Shown: positions 1-10,534 of the stretch, one piece after another | Layout of the letters: every line of letters begins with the position of its first letter | Numbering within the stretch: the first letter of the stretch is position 1 | Virus record (IMG/VR): IMGVR_UViG_3300034106_005922 | Coordinates: 6,496 to 70,495 of that record | DNA: 64,000 nucleotides | DNA from: a virus | Direction: 5' to 3' (one strand) | Position numbers and translations under genes: made by a program | Notes under the pieces: generated by a model | Told to the model about the DNA's origin: nothing | Seen by the model: the letters and a program-made list of their open reading frames with translations, nothing else | The model's database searches: none

Positions 1-626
1 TGAATAAAATAATAGATTCTTCTTACGATAAATTGAGATTTAATAATATAAAAATATTATCTGCTCAAAATGAATCTTTTGATTTTAAAGAAAAAAATGT
101 ATCCATTGTAAAAATTAATCCAATGTCACAAGCAGGATACAATGCTTTTTGTGTTAACGAATTATATAAATATGTAGACACAGAATTCGTATTGCTTTTT
201 CAGAATGATGGTTTTATTTTAAATCCTGAACATTGGTCAGATGATTTTTTAAATTATGATTATATTGGCGCTCCTTGGCCAAACCATGAAGAATCTAGAG
301 TTGGAAATGGTGGATTTTCTTTTAGAAGCAAAAAATTTTTAAATGCAACTAAAGATTTAATTTATTTAGAAAATATTGGATTATCTGGAGGATCATGCAC
401 ACCAGAAGATCATTTGTTATGTAGGTATTATTATGATCATTTAATAAAAGTTGGTATAAAATTCGCTCCAATTGATGTCGCTATCAGATTTTCTTTTGAG
501 CAATTTATACCAGAATATCCATTTTGGAATAATGATATGTCTTTAGGATTCCATGGTTTATTTCAAGCTGGATGGGATAATGACGAATTTAGATTAAATT
601 TAAAAAAACAATATAATCTATTATGA
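1..626 (+). CDS. DUF5672-like putative glycosyltransferase (frame open to the left edge; 5' end may lie outside the window)
   Basis: Motifs FQNDGFILNP, YDYIGAPW, VGNGGFSFRS; no stop in frame upstream of TTG at 33. Confidence 0.7.
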   Translation, partial: NKIIDSSYDKLRFNNIKILSAQNESFDFKEKNVSIVKINPMSQAGYNAFCVNELYKYVDTEFVLLFQNDGFILNPEHWSDDFLNYDYIGAPWPNHEESRVGNGGFSFRSKKFLNATKDLIYLENIGLSGGSCTPEDHLLCRYYYDHLIKVGIKFAPIDVAIRFSFEQFIPEYPFWNNDMSLGFHGLFQAGWDNDEFRLNLKKQYNLL

Positions 627-1591
627 AAGTAGCTTTTTTCAATCATCAATTATGTATTAGGGGATCTACTGTGTCTTTATATAATTATGCATTAGCCAAT
701 GAAAAATTACTAGGCAACGAATCAATTGTAGTATACATGACTGATCCAGAAAATATTAATCATACAGATGCTACAGTATTTGAAAAATTTAATAAAACCT
801 TTAAAACCAAAGGATTTGATAATTGGGATAGTTTAGATGAATATTTGAAAGAAGAAAAGGTAGATGTACTTTTTAAGAGCTCTGGAGGATGGAATGATGG
901 TAAAGTAAGTAAATATGTCAAGACATGTGTTCAAGCAATTTTTGATATATATCAACCACATGGAGATGTTTATTCATATCTTCACGAATATATGTCAAAT
1001 AAAATGACAGATGGTAAAGCTCCATATGTCTACGGCATTTGCGATTATCTTCCAGAACCTAATTTGAATTTAAGAGAAATTTATAATATTCCATCTACTG
1101 CTAAAGTATTTGGCAGAATTGGAGCTAAAGATTCATTTAACGTAGATTGCGCAAAACATGCAATTATAGATTTAGTGAATAATACAGAAGATGTATATTT
1201 TATGTTTTTTGGTACAGACTCTTTTTATGAACACCCTAGAATTATATATTTGCCGAAATCTCATGAATATCAAGATAAGTCAAATTTTGTAAATGCTTGT
1301 GATGCAATGCTTCACGCTAGAATAGATGGAGAAATTTTCAGTTTATCTATATCTGAATTTCTATGGTTCGATAAACCAATTATAACATTTCATATCGGAC
1401 ATCAGACTGGACATTTTGAAATTCTAAAAGATAAAGCTATAATTTATAAAGATAAAGAATCCTTATGTTCTATTATTAAAAATTTTAATAAAAATGATTA
1501 TCCTAAAAATTACTATAAATCAATCATACTAGATAATGGATTTACAACAGATAAGGTAATGCAAAAGTTTAAGGAAGTTTATTTAAGTTAA
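623..1591 (+). CDS. GT-B (GT4-like) glycosyltransferase
   Basis: N-terminal KVAFF..RGS, VFGRIG, CDAMLHARIDGEIFSLSISEF (E-x7-E type motif); ATGA overlap with upstream gene. Confidence 0.7.
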   Translation: MKVAFFNHQLCIRGSTVSLYNYALANEKLLGNESIVVYMTDPENINHTDATVFEKFNKTFKTKGFDNWDSLDEYLKEEKVDVLFKSSGGWNDGKVSKYVKTCVQAIFDIYQPHGDVYSYLHEYMSNKMTDGKAPYVYGICDYLPEPNLNLREIYNIPSTAKVFGRIGAKDSFNVDCAKHAIIDLVNNTEDVYFMFFGTDSFYEHPRIIYLPKSHEYQDKSNFVNACDAMLHARIDGEIFSLSISEFLWFDKPIITFHIGHQTGHFEILKDKAIIYKDKESLCSIIKNFNKNDYPKNYYKSIILDNGFTTDKVMQKFKEVYLS

Positions 1592-2394
1592 TGAACCTAA
1601 TAATAGATCGATCAAATCGTTTAGCAAATCAATGGTGCTGGGAATGGCACTATATTATGAATATTTTTAGAGAATTAGAAAAAATTGATTCAAATGACTA
1701 TCAGTATATATTCACAGATAACCTAGAAGCACTTCCAGTTGAACCAAATAATAATACAGTAGTTTTTATTGTTTCTGATGAACATTATACCGTTCCAAAA
1801 TATACAGAAAAAGTTAAAGCTATTTTCAAAAACTATGTCTTTCCAGACCAAGAAGCTTTAAATATATATCCTATTCCACAAGGGCATAATAAAGATTTAA
1901 TTTTTTATCCTTATAAAAATATAGAAGAAAGAACTTACGACATAGGTTTTCAAGGAAATTTTCATACATCTAGACCAATTGTTATTCAAGGTATTCTTGA
2001 CGAAATAAATAAAAGAAATTTAAGATTAAATATTCTATTAAACCAAAGTTCAAATACGTTTGATTATTCTAGTAATTTATGGAATACAAAAATTTCACTA
2101 TCACTAGATGGCCAAATTACTCCAGAAAACTTTAGGTTTTTTGAATCAAGTATTTTAGGGTGTGCAATTATTGCTTCTAATAATTTACCAAAGAATTGGA
2201 TATATGATCAAAATCATTACATAAAAGTAGATTGGATGAATTCAAAAGAAGTTGTTGATAATATAGAAAATTTATTAACAGATAAGAATTTACTAGAAAG
2301 ACTTTCAATAAGATCTTATAATGCATGGATTAATTTATATAATCCTAAAAATATATCAATATATGTAAATAATAAATTAAAGGAAGTAAAATGA
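1591..2394 (+). CDS. Exostosin/GT47-like or GT-B glycosyltransferase
   Basis: YDIGFQG, TKISLSLDG, FRFFESSILGC pattern; paralogue of 2980-3789. Confidence 0.55.
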   Translation: MNLIIDRSNRLANQWCWEWHYIMNIFRELEKIDSNDYQYIFTDNLEALPVEPNNNTVVFIVSDEHYTVPKYTEKVKAIFKNYVFPDQEALNIYPIPQGHNKDLIFYPYKNIEERTYDIGFQGNFHTSRPIVIQGILDEINKRNLRLNILLNQSSNTFDYSSNLWNTKISLSLDGQITPENFRFFESSILGCAIIASNNLPKNWIYDQNHYIKVDWMNSKEVVDNIENLLTDKNLLERLSIRSYNAWINLYNPKNISIYVNNKLKEVK

Positions 2395-2990
2395 ATAATA
2401 AAATTAAAGAAATATTACTAGAATATGGTCATAAAGGCATTTATACCCAAGATGGATATTTTCAATGTCTGACCGATAAAGCCGCAAGATCAGCGCAAAT
2501 TGGACATTCATATGATCATGTATATCCAGATTTATTAGATAAATTTTTTAAATTAGAAAAATTTAATATGCTCGAACTCGGTATTCATAAGGGTTACAGT
2601 TTGGAGATGTGGTCTAAAATATTTCCTCAAGCAAATATCTATGGACTAGATATTGATCATTCTTTAATTGATCCATATGTGAATTTAAATCAAAAAAATA
2701 TTAATATATTACCACAAGCCAGCCAAACGGATTCTAATATTTTAAATTTTATACCAAATATGGATTTGATAATCGACGATGCATCGCATCAACCAAATTT
2801 AACAATAAATTCTTGGGAAATTTATAAAAATAAATTAAATAAAAATGGATTATATATTATCGAAGATGTACCGAGTAGTATTTTTGATGAGGCTGTTTTT
2901 CCAAAACTATTTAAAGATAATTTTAAATTAATAGATTTAAGACCAATAAAAGGCAGGGATGATGATATAATTTTATATTATGAAAATTAA
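2391..2990 (+). CDS. Class I SAM-dependent (sugar) O-methyltransferase
   Basis: LELGIHKGYS, YGLDID, DLIIDDASH, GLYIIEDV. Confidence 0.8.
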   Translation: MNNKIKEILLEYGHKGIYTQDGYFQCLTDKAARSAQIGHSYDHVYPDLLDKFFKLEKFNMLELGIHKGYSLEMWSKIFPQANIYGLDIDHSLIDPYVNLNQKNINILPQASQTDSNILNFIPNMDLIIDDASHQPNLTINSWEIYKNKLNKNGLYIIEDVPSSIFDEAVFPKLFKDNFKLIDLRPIKGRDDDIILYYEN

Positions 2991-3789
2991 ATATTCAATG
3001 CCAGATAATCCAAGGATCGTTAGCCAATTTAATAATTTTCCATTTGGATGTGGCGGAATTAGACCATTTTTAGATATAGCAAATGAAATAACAAATATAA
3101 CTATACCAGATTTTACTTTTTGGTATGTAGATCCAGATTATAATTTTCAAAATCCACCAGACGGATTAAATGAAAAAGATATAGTCTTTTATAAAGGAGA
3201 CGAACATTATAGAATACCGCAATGGCACAATCAATGTAAATTATTATTAAAACAAACAGTTACAAATCAATTTCCTTATAATATAATACATATCCCATTT
3301 TTATATGTTACGGATTTTATAAAATCCGCTTATATTCCATTTAACGAAAGGAAAATAGACGTTTTATTTACAGGTACTTGTTGGCCAGAAACTAATAGAA
3401 AATACATTATTGAATATTTAAAAAATAAATTAAAAGATTTAAATATAGTGATCAGCGAATTCATTGATACAAAAACATACTCTCATTTATTAGCTAATTC
3501 TAAAATATCTTTATGTCTAGATGGAAAATGGACACCAGAATGTAGTAGATTTTCAGAATCAATACAAGCAGGAACACTAGCCTTTTCTTCTGATTTATCT
3601 TATTCAAAATTATTCGATAATTGCCCCTACATAAAAACTGATTGGTCCAATCTAGATCAAGTCGTAGATCAAATATATTTTTATTTAAATAATAAAAACT
3701 CTGAAAAAATTTCCATAGAAGCTCATGATTTTTGGTTGAATAATTGGCATCCCAAGAAATGGGCCGAATTAATTTTAAGTAGAATTTAA
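2980..3789 (+). CDS. Exostosin/GT47-like or GT-B glycosyltransferase
   Basis: GDEHY, IDVLFTG, SKISLCLDG, SRFSESIQAG; paralogue of 1591-2394. Confidence 0.55.
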   Translation: MKIKYSMPDNPRIVSQFNNFPFGCGGIRPFLDIANEITNITIPDFTFWYVDPDYNFQNPPDGLNEKDIVFYKGDEHYRIPQWHNQCKLLLKQTVTNQFPYNIIHIPFLYVTDFIKSAYIPFNERKIDVLFTGTCWPETNRKYIIEYLKNKLKDLNIVISEFIDTKTYSHLLANSKISLCLDGKWTPECSRFSESIQAGTLAFSSDLSYSKLFDNCPYIKTDWSNLDQVVDQIYFYLNNKNSEKISIEAHDFWLNNWHPKKWAELILSRI

Positions 3790-4739
3790 TGATAATCGCT
3801 AAAACACCATTTAGGATTTCACTAGCGGGAGGATCTACCGATCTTGAGTCTTTTCTAGATTTGTATGGACAAGGATCTGTTATAAGTTTTCCTTGTAATC
3901 TTTATACATACATAACAATTTTTGACGATAAACTAGGCCTGAATTCTTATGATAAGAAATACATTATAGCATACTCTAAAAGAGAGGCGATCAATCAGGT
4001 AGATAAGATAAAAAATGATATAGCACGAATTATTTTAAAAAAATACAATGTAGCTCCAATTAACGCTACATTTAATTCTGATATATTCAGCTCAAATTGT
4101 GGATTAGCATCATCAAGCTCTTATACATTATCATTTTTAAATGCCATTTTAAAATTCAAAGAATTGAATTATTCTGAAGTTGATCTATGTAAAGAGGCTT
4201 TATCCATAGAAAGAGAATTTAACCCGTTAACTGGGCAACAAGACATATTCGGATGTGGAATAGGTGGGTTCAAAAAAATTGATTTTTTTAAAGATAAAAA
4301 TCCAACATTTAAATATCTTAATTCCGATATCTTTGATAGGTATGATTTTAGTTTAATATATACTGGCATATTGAGATCTTCAACTAATATATTGAAACAA
4401 ATAGACTCAAGAAAATCATTCTCATTACTTAATCTAGTACAAGAAATGGAAATAGCTATAGAAAAGAATAGGTATAAAGATTTTATATCTATAATAAAAG
4501 AAGGCTGGATAAAGAAAAAAGAATCAAATCCCAATATTATAGCAGATAAAGTGGTTAAAAAAATTGATCAAGATCTAGCAAATGATAAATCTATTTTAGC
4601 CCATAGATTGTGTGGCGCTGGAAATGGTGGATATTTTCTCGTAATAAAAGAAAAAACATCAAAAATAAATTTGAATACTAACTCTAATATTATTAACATA
4701 TCTTATGATAAAGAAGGATCAAGATCCTACAGGTTTTAA
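3789..4739 (+). CDS. hddA: GHMP-family sugar kinase, heptose-7-phosphate kinase-like
   Basis: KTPFRISLAGGSTD, GLASSSS, GQQD, LCGAGNGGY; adjacent to GmhA-like gene. Confidence 0.8.
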   Translation: MIIAKTPFRISLAGGSTDLESFLDLYGQGSVISFPCNLYTYITIFDDKLGLNSYDKKYIIAYSKREAINQVDKIKNDIARIILKKYNVAPINATFNSDIFSSNCGLASSSSYTLSFLNAILKFKELNYSEVDLCKEALSIEREFNPLTGQQDIFGCGIGGFKKIDFFKDKNPTFKYLNSDIFDRYDFSLIYTGILRSSTNILKQIDSRKSFSLLNLVQEMEIAIEKNRYKDFISIIKEGWIKKKESNPNIIADKVVKKIDQDLANDKSILAHRLCGAGNGGYFLVIKEKTSKINLNTNSNIINISYDKEGSRSYRF

Positions 4740-5253
4740 AAATAGCATTGATTCAATCAATAGATTGACCGCAAAAATAACTAATGTTGAATTAGTTAAT
4801 TTTAGGGAAACATTGTATGATTATGATAATATCATTATTATAGGAAATGGTGGTAGTAATTCAATAGCTAGTCATATTGCAGTAGACTATAATAAATTTC
4901 TCAAAAAGAAGACTCTTGCATTTACCGACGCATCAATGCTAACTGGATATTTTAATGATTATGGCCTTGAGCAAGTATACGTGAAATTTATTGAACAAAA
5001 TTTAACTAAAAAAACTTTAGTAATACTTATATCTTCATCTGGAAATTCCTTAAATATTTTGGAATGTGCAAATTTTTGTGAAAATAATAAAATAGCTTTT
5101 TGTTCTTTGACTGGTTTTAATAAAAATAATAAAGTAAAAGTAAAATCTGAAAAATCTAAAAACTGTAAGTTCAATTACTGGGTGGATTCAAAGAGCTACG
5201 GAGTCGTGGAGAATTGTCATCAAATATTCTTGCATGCAATTGTTGTAAATTAA
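4705..5253 (+). CDS. gmhA: SIS-domain phosphoheptose isomerase
   Basis: IGNGGSNSIASH, NDYG, ISSSGNSLNI, YGVVENCH. Confidence 0.8.
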   Translation: MIKKDQDPTGFKNSIDSINRLTAKITNVELVNFRETLYDYDNIIIIGNGGSNSIASHIAVDYNKFLKKKTLAFTDASMLTGYFNDYGLEQVYVKFIEQNLTKKTLVILISSSGNSLNILECANFCENNKIAFCSLTGFNKNNKVKVKSEKSKNCKFNYWVDSKSYGVVENCHQIFLHAIVVN

Positions 5254-5254
5254 T

Positions 5255-6583
5255 ATGAGATACTGCCTAGACCTAGATAATACAATCTGTATTACTCCTA
5301 AAAATGAATATGAAAAATCAACAATAATAGAAAAAGCTAAAAATTTAGTTAATAAATTATACGACAATGGAAATTATATTATTATAAATACAGCAAGGGG
5401 CGCATCTTCTGGCATAGATTGGACAGAGTTTACAAAAAAACAATTATCTGATTGGGGAGTAAAATATAACGAGCTTGTTACAAATAAAAAACCTAATGCA
5501 GATGTTTTTATTGACGACAAGAATATGTCTATAGAAGAATGGTATAATTCTGATAAATTTCCTAAAGGATTCATTGCTGGTACATTCGATATAGTCCATA
5601 ATGGATATATTAAATTCTTTGAATTTGCAAAAGAACATTGCAATAAATTGATGGTTGCAATACATGAAGATCCATCTTTAGAGAAAAATGAGAAAAGCAA
5701 ACCAATTCATACTTTAGAAGAAAGAATGGAAATTCTTAAATCAATTAAACACATAGATGAAATTCTGATATATCAAACAGAAGAAGATCTTCATGAATTA
5801 ATAAGATTAATGAAACCAAACGTAAGATTCTTGGATGAAAGTTATAAAAATAAAAAAATAACAGGCGAAAATTTATGCCCAATCATATATCATGAGAGGA
5901 AACATGATTACTCTTATACGAATTTAAGAAATAAAATTCTTGGTGGAGAAGCATTAACAAATAAAATCAATCAAATCATTTTAGATTTAGTAGAAAAAGA
6001 TAATGAAAATATTGATCTTCCAAATCCATTACCCAGTGAAATTTTAATAAATTCTTTTATGGACACCGCAATCTCTAATGTCACAGTTAAAGATGGTTTA
6101 ATTTTAGAATTTGGAGTTTATCAGGGTAGAACAATAAATTATATAGCTTCAAAATTTCCAAGCAATATAATATACGGATTTGATTCATTCGAAGGTCTTC
6201 CAGAAGAATGGAATGATAAAAATCCAAAAGGAATTTATACATTAAACGGTAATCTACCTAAAGTTGAAAAAAATGTTGAACTTATTAAAGGATGGTTTAA
6301 TGAAACATTACCTTCATTTATAAAAGAACATAAGAATCCAATTTCATTGTTACATGTAGATTGCGATATTTACTCATCTACCGTATGCGTTTTAGAGTCA
6401 TTAAAAGATCAAATCGTAGATGGAACAGTAGTTATATTTGATGAAATTTGGAAATATCCAAATTACAAAGAACATGAAATAAAAGCTTTTGCAGAATTTC
6501 TTTTAAAATATAATTTCAAATATGAATGCATCAGAACTCTCAAATCAAGATATGCGAAAGGAATATTTATATTAAAAAAATGA
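5255..6583 (+). CDS. Trifunctional fusion: HAD phosphatase + HxGH-type (TagD/HldC-like) nucleotidyltransferase + TylF/MycF-like methyltransferase
   Basis: CLDLDNTIC..KP..FIDDK; AGTFDIVHNGY..EERMEIL; LEFGVYQG..GFDSFEGLPE..HVDCDIYSST..FDE. Confidence 0.8.
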   Translation: MRYCLDLDNTICITPKNEYEKSTIIEKAKNLVNKLYDNGNYIIINTARGASSGIDWTEFTKKQLSDWGVKYNELVTNKKPNADVFIDDKNMSIEEWYNSDKFPKGFIAGTFDIVHNGYIKFFEFAKEHCNKLMVAIHEDPSLEKNEKSKPIHTLEERMEILKSIKHIDEILIYQTEEDLHELIRLMKPNVRFLDESYKNKKITGENLCPIIYHERKHDYSYTNLRNKILGGEALTNKINQIILDLVEKDNENIDLPNPLPSEILINSFMDTAISNVTVKDGLILEFGVYQGRTINYIASKFPSNIIYGFDSFEGLPEEWNDKNPKGIYTLNGNLPKVEKNVELIKGWFNETLPSFIKEHKNPISLLHVDCDIYSSTVCVLESLKDQIVDGTVVIFDEIWKYPNYKEHEIKAFAEFLLKYNFKYECIRTLKSRYAKGIFILKK

Positions 6584-7470
6584 AAACTAAAGTAATAGTA
6601 ACAGGAGGATGTGGTTTTATAGGAAGCCATCTAGTGGACTTATTAGTAGAAAATAATTTTGATGTCAATGTAGTAGACAATATTTCTACTTCAAAAAATA
6701 ATAAATATATACATGAAAAAGCAAAGTATATTTATTTAGATATAACCGAAGATATTCAAAAATTAAAAGAAGCATTTAGTGGTGCAAAATATATATTTCA
6801 TTTAGCAGCTTTTGCTAGAGTAGTTCCATCTATACATGATCCAATAACTTTTCATAATATAAATGTAAATGGATCTTTAAACGTTTTCTTGGCAGCAAAA
6901 GAAGTTGGAGCAAAAGTTATATTTTCTTCATCCTCATCAGTATATGGAAATCCAATAGAATTACCAGTCAAAGAAACCCATAGACTAGATTCAATGTGCC
7001 CATATGCACTTCACAAGCAGATAGGCGAAGAGTATCTTGAATTATTTAATAAAATTTATTCTTTGAATAGTGTTTCTTTGCGTTATTTTAATGTTTTTGG
7101 AGAAAGAGCCCCAAGAGAAGGGGCTTATGTTCCAGTTGTAGGAATATTTTTAAGACAAAAAGAAGCTGGAGAACCATTAACTATAGTTGGCGATGGACTT
7201 CAAAATAGAGATTTTGTACATGCAAAAGATGTAGCTAGAGCAAATTTAGCAGCAGCTCTAGACGAAAGAAATGGAGCATTTATATATAACGTTGGCTCTG
7301 GCAAATCATTGTCTGTAATAGAAATAGCAAATAAAATTTCAAAAAATACAGTTCACATAACAGAAAGATTTGAATATAAAAACGCAAGAAGTGATGTTAG
7401 TAAAATTAAACAAGAATTAAATTGGGAATATAAAATAGAGCTTATGGACTGGTTAAATTCATACGTATGA
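6580..7470 (+). CDS. NAD-dependent nucleotide-sugar epimerase/dehydratase (extended SDR)
   Basis: VTGGCGFIGSHL, YALHK, LRYFNVFG; start placed at ATGA overlap 6580. Confidence 0.9.
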   Translation: MKTKVIVTGGCGFIGSHLVDLLVENNFDVNVVDNISTSKNNKYIHEKAKYIYLDITEDIQKLKEAFSGAKYIFHLAAFARVVPSIHDPITFHNINVNGSLNVFLAAKEVGAKVIFSSSSSVYGNPIELPVKETHRLDSMCPYALHKQIGEEYLELFNKIYSLNSVSLRYFNVFGERAPREGAYVPVVGIFLRQKEAGEPLTIVGDGLQNRDFVHAKDVARANLAAALDERNGAFIYNVGSGKSLSVIEIANKISKNTVHITERFEYKNARSDVSKIKQELNWEYKIELMDWLNSYV

Positions 7471-8105
7471 AAATATTATTTTTTATTACAATGCATAGGC
7501 AATTGGATGAATTAAAAATATATTCATATCTTTTTAATAAATTTAATCATATCAAAAATTTTGATATATTTATTTACAACACTAATAAAAATATTTCCGA
7601 GCAAATGGTTCGCAATAATTTAAATTTAAATACGAATCTATATGTTCATTGCGATCCTAATAATGAAGGATATGTTTTAGGGCTTTTTTCTGGATTGAGT
7701 CAAAATTATGATTTTTATAGAGAATACGATTTCATTGTTCACTTGCATCCAGATGTATTTATTTTAGACGACAAGAAACTATATGAACTTTTAATTAATC
7801 AGAAGGATAAAGATATAGATTTTCTTGTTTCTCAAGTAGTCGAAGTGCCATTTGCCTATTTAACAGATTTATTTATATTTAAACCAAAAAACAACTTTAT
7901 ATCAAAATATATAAATTATCAAAATCTTGATTCAGCAGAAAAAATATTATTCTCAGTAATAGAAGATAATAATCTTAAGAAATGCTTCTTTTCAAGATAT
8001 CTCAATGACGAAATAGCTGGCAAAAATAGAGAAATAGATGAATATAGTATATGGCACGAACATAATTTAGAAAATGTAAGATATTATATTGATAATACTA
8101 AATGA
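7467..8105 (+). CDS. Putative GT-A-like glycosyltransferase
   Basis: YDFIVHLHPDVFI motif; cluster context. Confidence 0.4.
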   Translation: MKILFFITMHRQLDELKIYSYLFNKFNHIKNFDIFIYNTNKNISEQMVRNNLNLNTNLYVHCDPNNEGYVLGLFSGLSQNYDFYREYDFIVHLHPDVFILDDKKLYELLINQKDKDIDFLVSQVVEVPFAYLTDLFIFKPKNNFISKYINYQNLDSAEKILFSVIEDNNLKKCFFSRYLNDEIAGKNREIDEYSIWHEHNLENVRYYIDNTK

Positions 8106-8878
8106 AAGTAATCGACTGCTTCCTATTTTCTAATGAATTGGATATGCTTGAAATTCGTTTAAACGAATTAAACGATAAAGTAGATAAATTTTTAATTTGC
8201 GAATCAAGAGAAACTTTTGCTGGGAAACCTAAAGAATTGGTATATGAAAAAAATAAAGATAGATTCTCTCAGTTCGAAGAAAAGATTATTCATTTAGTCG
8301 TTGAAAAATTTTCAGGCAGTGTTTCAGCAGAAAATAGAGAATATTTTAATAGGAATTACATTTTAAATGGTATACCAGATTCGTTTAATGATGAAGATAT
8401 AATTATATTTTCAGATGTAGATGAAATTCCCAAGATAGATAATCTTGACAAATCTTTAGAGATTGCTGTTTTTAGACAAGATATGTATTATTTTAATTTT
8501 AACAGTAAATTTATAGAACCAAATGATCACGCAAATTGGCATGGATCAATAGCATTTAAAGCTAAATTTAAAAACGAAGCTAATCTACAAAACATTAGAT
8601 TCAATAGATACAATATACGACCAGTAGTAAATGATGGTGGTTGGCATTTTTCTTATTTTAGTGATACACAAAATATCATTAATAAAATTAAAAACGGAGG
8701 CCATACGGAAATGTTTTATTTAGATTTAGATGAAAAATTAATTTCTGAAAGAATCAAAAATAGAGTCGATGTTCTTGGTCGAGATGGTTATCTTTTAAAA
8801 GAAATAAAAAATAATCAAGATTTGCCTAAATATGTTTTAGAGAATAAAGAAAAGTATAAACATTTATTTTATGAATAA
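8102..8878 (+). CDS. GT17-like glycosyltransferase
   Basis: DCFLFSNELDMLEIRL, FSDVDEIP, GGWHFSYF. Confidence 0.8.
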   Translation: MKVIDCFLFSNELDMLEIRLNELNDKVDKFLICESRETFAGKPKELVYEKNKDRFSQFEEKIIHLVVEKFSGSVSAENREYFNRNYILNGIPDSFNDEDIIIFSDVDEIPKIDNLDKSLEIAVFRQDMYYFNFNSKFIEPNDHANWHGSIAFKAKFKNEANLQNIRFNRYNIRPVVNDGGWHFSYFSDTQNIINKIKNGGHTEMFYLDLDEKLISERIKNRVDVLGRDGYLLKEIKNNQDLPKYVLENKEKYKHLFYE

Positions 8879-9536
8879 TCTATTTATTGATATTGGAACT
8901 CATATGGGTGGTGGGCTGTTTAATTTTATTAACAAATATAATATGACTAACCAAGATTGGGAAATTCATACGTTTGAGCCGCATCCATATTTATTTAAAA
9001 CTGCTGGAGAAAATAATACAGAAAGACAGATTGGATATCCTCATTCATTTAAAGATATGAACGAATCGTTAAAACTAATACCACAAATAAATAGGCATAA
9101 TGCTGCATGCGCAGATTTTGATGGGGAAGTAGATTTATTTTTTGATAAGGGTCTTGAAGAGAATCACATGGGTAACACCATAGTAAAAGATGTATATGAA
9201 AATCCTGTCTTTAAAAATTATGATTTCAATAGAAGTTCATATATAAATGCTCCAGTTAAAGTAAAATGCATTGATGCATTTAATTTTATAATGAATATTA
9301 CTACATCTAAAAAAATAAATAATTTAATAATTAAAATTGATGCAGAAGGAGCAGAATTTGCAATTTTAAATAAATTTATTAAATCTGAATATAGAAATAT
9401 TTTTAACGTAGATTATTGTGCTATATATTGTGAATTCCACCATTTTATGCTTAAAAATCCAAATGAGTATCTATCTGCAGATTCGTATAGGAATGAATTA
9501 GATAAAAAAGGAGCCCAACTTCATCTTTGGGGTTAA
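8871..9536 (+). CDS. FkbM-family methyltransferase
   Basis: FIDIGTHMG, TFEPHP, IKIDAEGAEF, CEFH. Confidence 0.8.
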   Translation: MNNLFIDIGTHMGGGLFNFINKYNMTNQDWEIHTFEPHPYLFKTAGENNTERQIGYPHSFKDMNESLKLIPQINRHNAACADFDGEVDLFFDKGLEENHMGNTIVKDVYENPVFKNYDFNRSSYINAPVKVKCIDAFNFIMNITTSKKINNLIIKIDAEGAEFAILNKFIKSEYRNIFNVDYCAIYCEFHHFMLKNPNEYLSADSYRNELDKKGAQLHLWG

Positions 9537-9538
9537 TT

Positions 9539-10534
9539 ATGAAAAAACTTTTAATAACTGGTGGAGCAGGAATGATAGGTTCTATTTTAGCTAGATATTT
9601 TATTGATAAAAAATATCAAGTAATTATTCTAGATGATTTAAGCGGTGGATTCATAGAGAATATTCCTAGTGAAGCAAAATTTTATTTGGGCAATATTTGC
9701 GATCAAAATTTTATTAATAAAACTTTTGAGATTGAAAAACCAAATTTTGTAATTCATTGTGCGGCTTATGCAGCAGAAATACTTAGCCCATTTATAAGAA
9801 ATTATAATTATCAAAATAATTTAATCGGATCGGTTAATATCATCAATGCATGTATAAATAATAATATTGACAAAATCGTAAACTTCTCTAGCTTTGCTAC
9901 TTATGGAGAAGGCAAGCCTCCATTTAAAGAATCTGATTTAAGAGATCCAAAAGATTGTTATGGAATAGCTAAACTAGCAGTAGAAATGGATTTAAAAGAA
10001 GCTTATGAGCATTTTGGATTAAGATACTCAACAATACTTCCACATAATGTAGTTTCTAAATATCAAAATTATTGGGATAGATATAGGAATGCCATAGCAA
10101 TATGGATTAGACAATGCTCTCTTGGAGAAGATATTACCATATATGGAGACGGGCTACAAACAAGGGCTTTCTCTGATTGCAAATTTTTATGCGAACCAAT
10201 TGAAAAATTACTTTATTCTTTTGATAATAATTTTTACAATATTGGATCAGATAATCCAATCACAATTAAAGATGCAGCGGAGTTAGTGTTAAAAGTCGGA
10301 GCAGAGTTTGGATTCAATAAATCTAAATTAATTTTTCTTGAAAAAAGAAAAGAAGTGGTTCACGCTTATTGTGATCACGAAAAAGCTAAAAAAGAATTAA
10401 ATTTTCAAGATGACACAGATCTAGAGAAATTAATAAAAGATATGTATAATCATTACTTGTCTTTTCCAGAAAAAAAAGTTGAATACATGAAATATGAAAT
10501 AGAAAAAAACATGTATAGTTTTTGGAAAAAATGA
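9539..10534 (+). CDS. NAD-dependent nucleotide-sugar epimerase/dehydratase
   Basis: ITGGAGMIGS, YGIAK, GDGLQTRAF. Confidence 0.9.
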   Translation: MKKLLITGGAGMIGSILARYFIDKKYQVIILDDLSGGFIENIPSEAKFYLGNICDQNFINKTFEIEKPNFVIHCAAYAAEILSPFIRNYNYQNNLIGSVNIINACINNNIDKIVNFSSFATYGEGKPPFKESDLRDPKDCYGIAKLAVEMDLKEAYEHFGLRYSTILPHNVVSKYQNYWDRYRNAIAIWIRQCSLGEDITIYGDGLQTRAFSDCKFLCEPIEKLLYSFDNNFYNIGSDNPITIKDAAELVLKVGAEFGFNKSKLIFLEKRKEVVHAYCDHEKAKKELNFQDDTDLEKLIKDMYNHYLSFPEKKVEYMKYEIEKNMYSFWKK

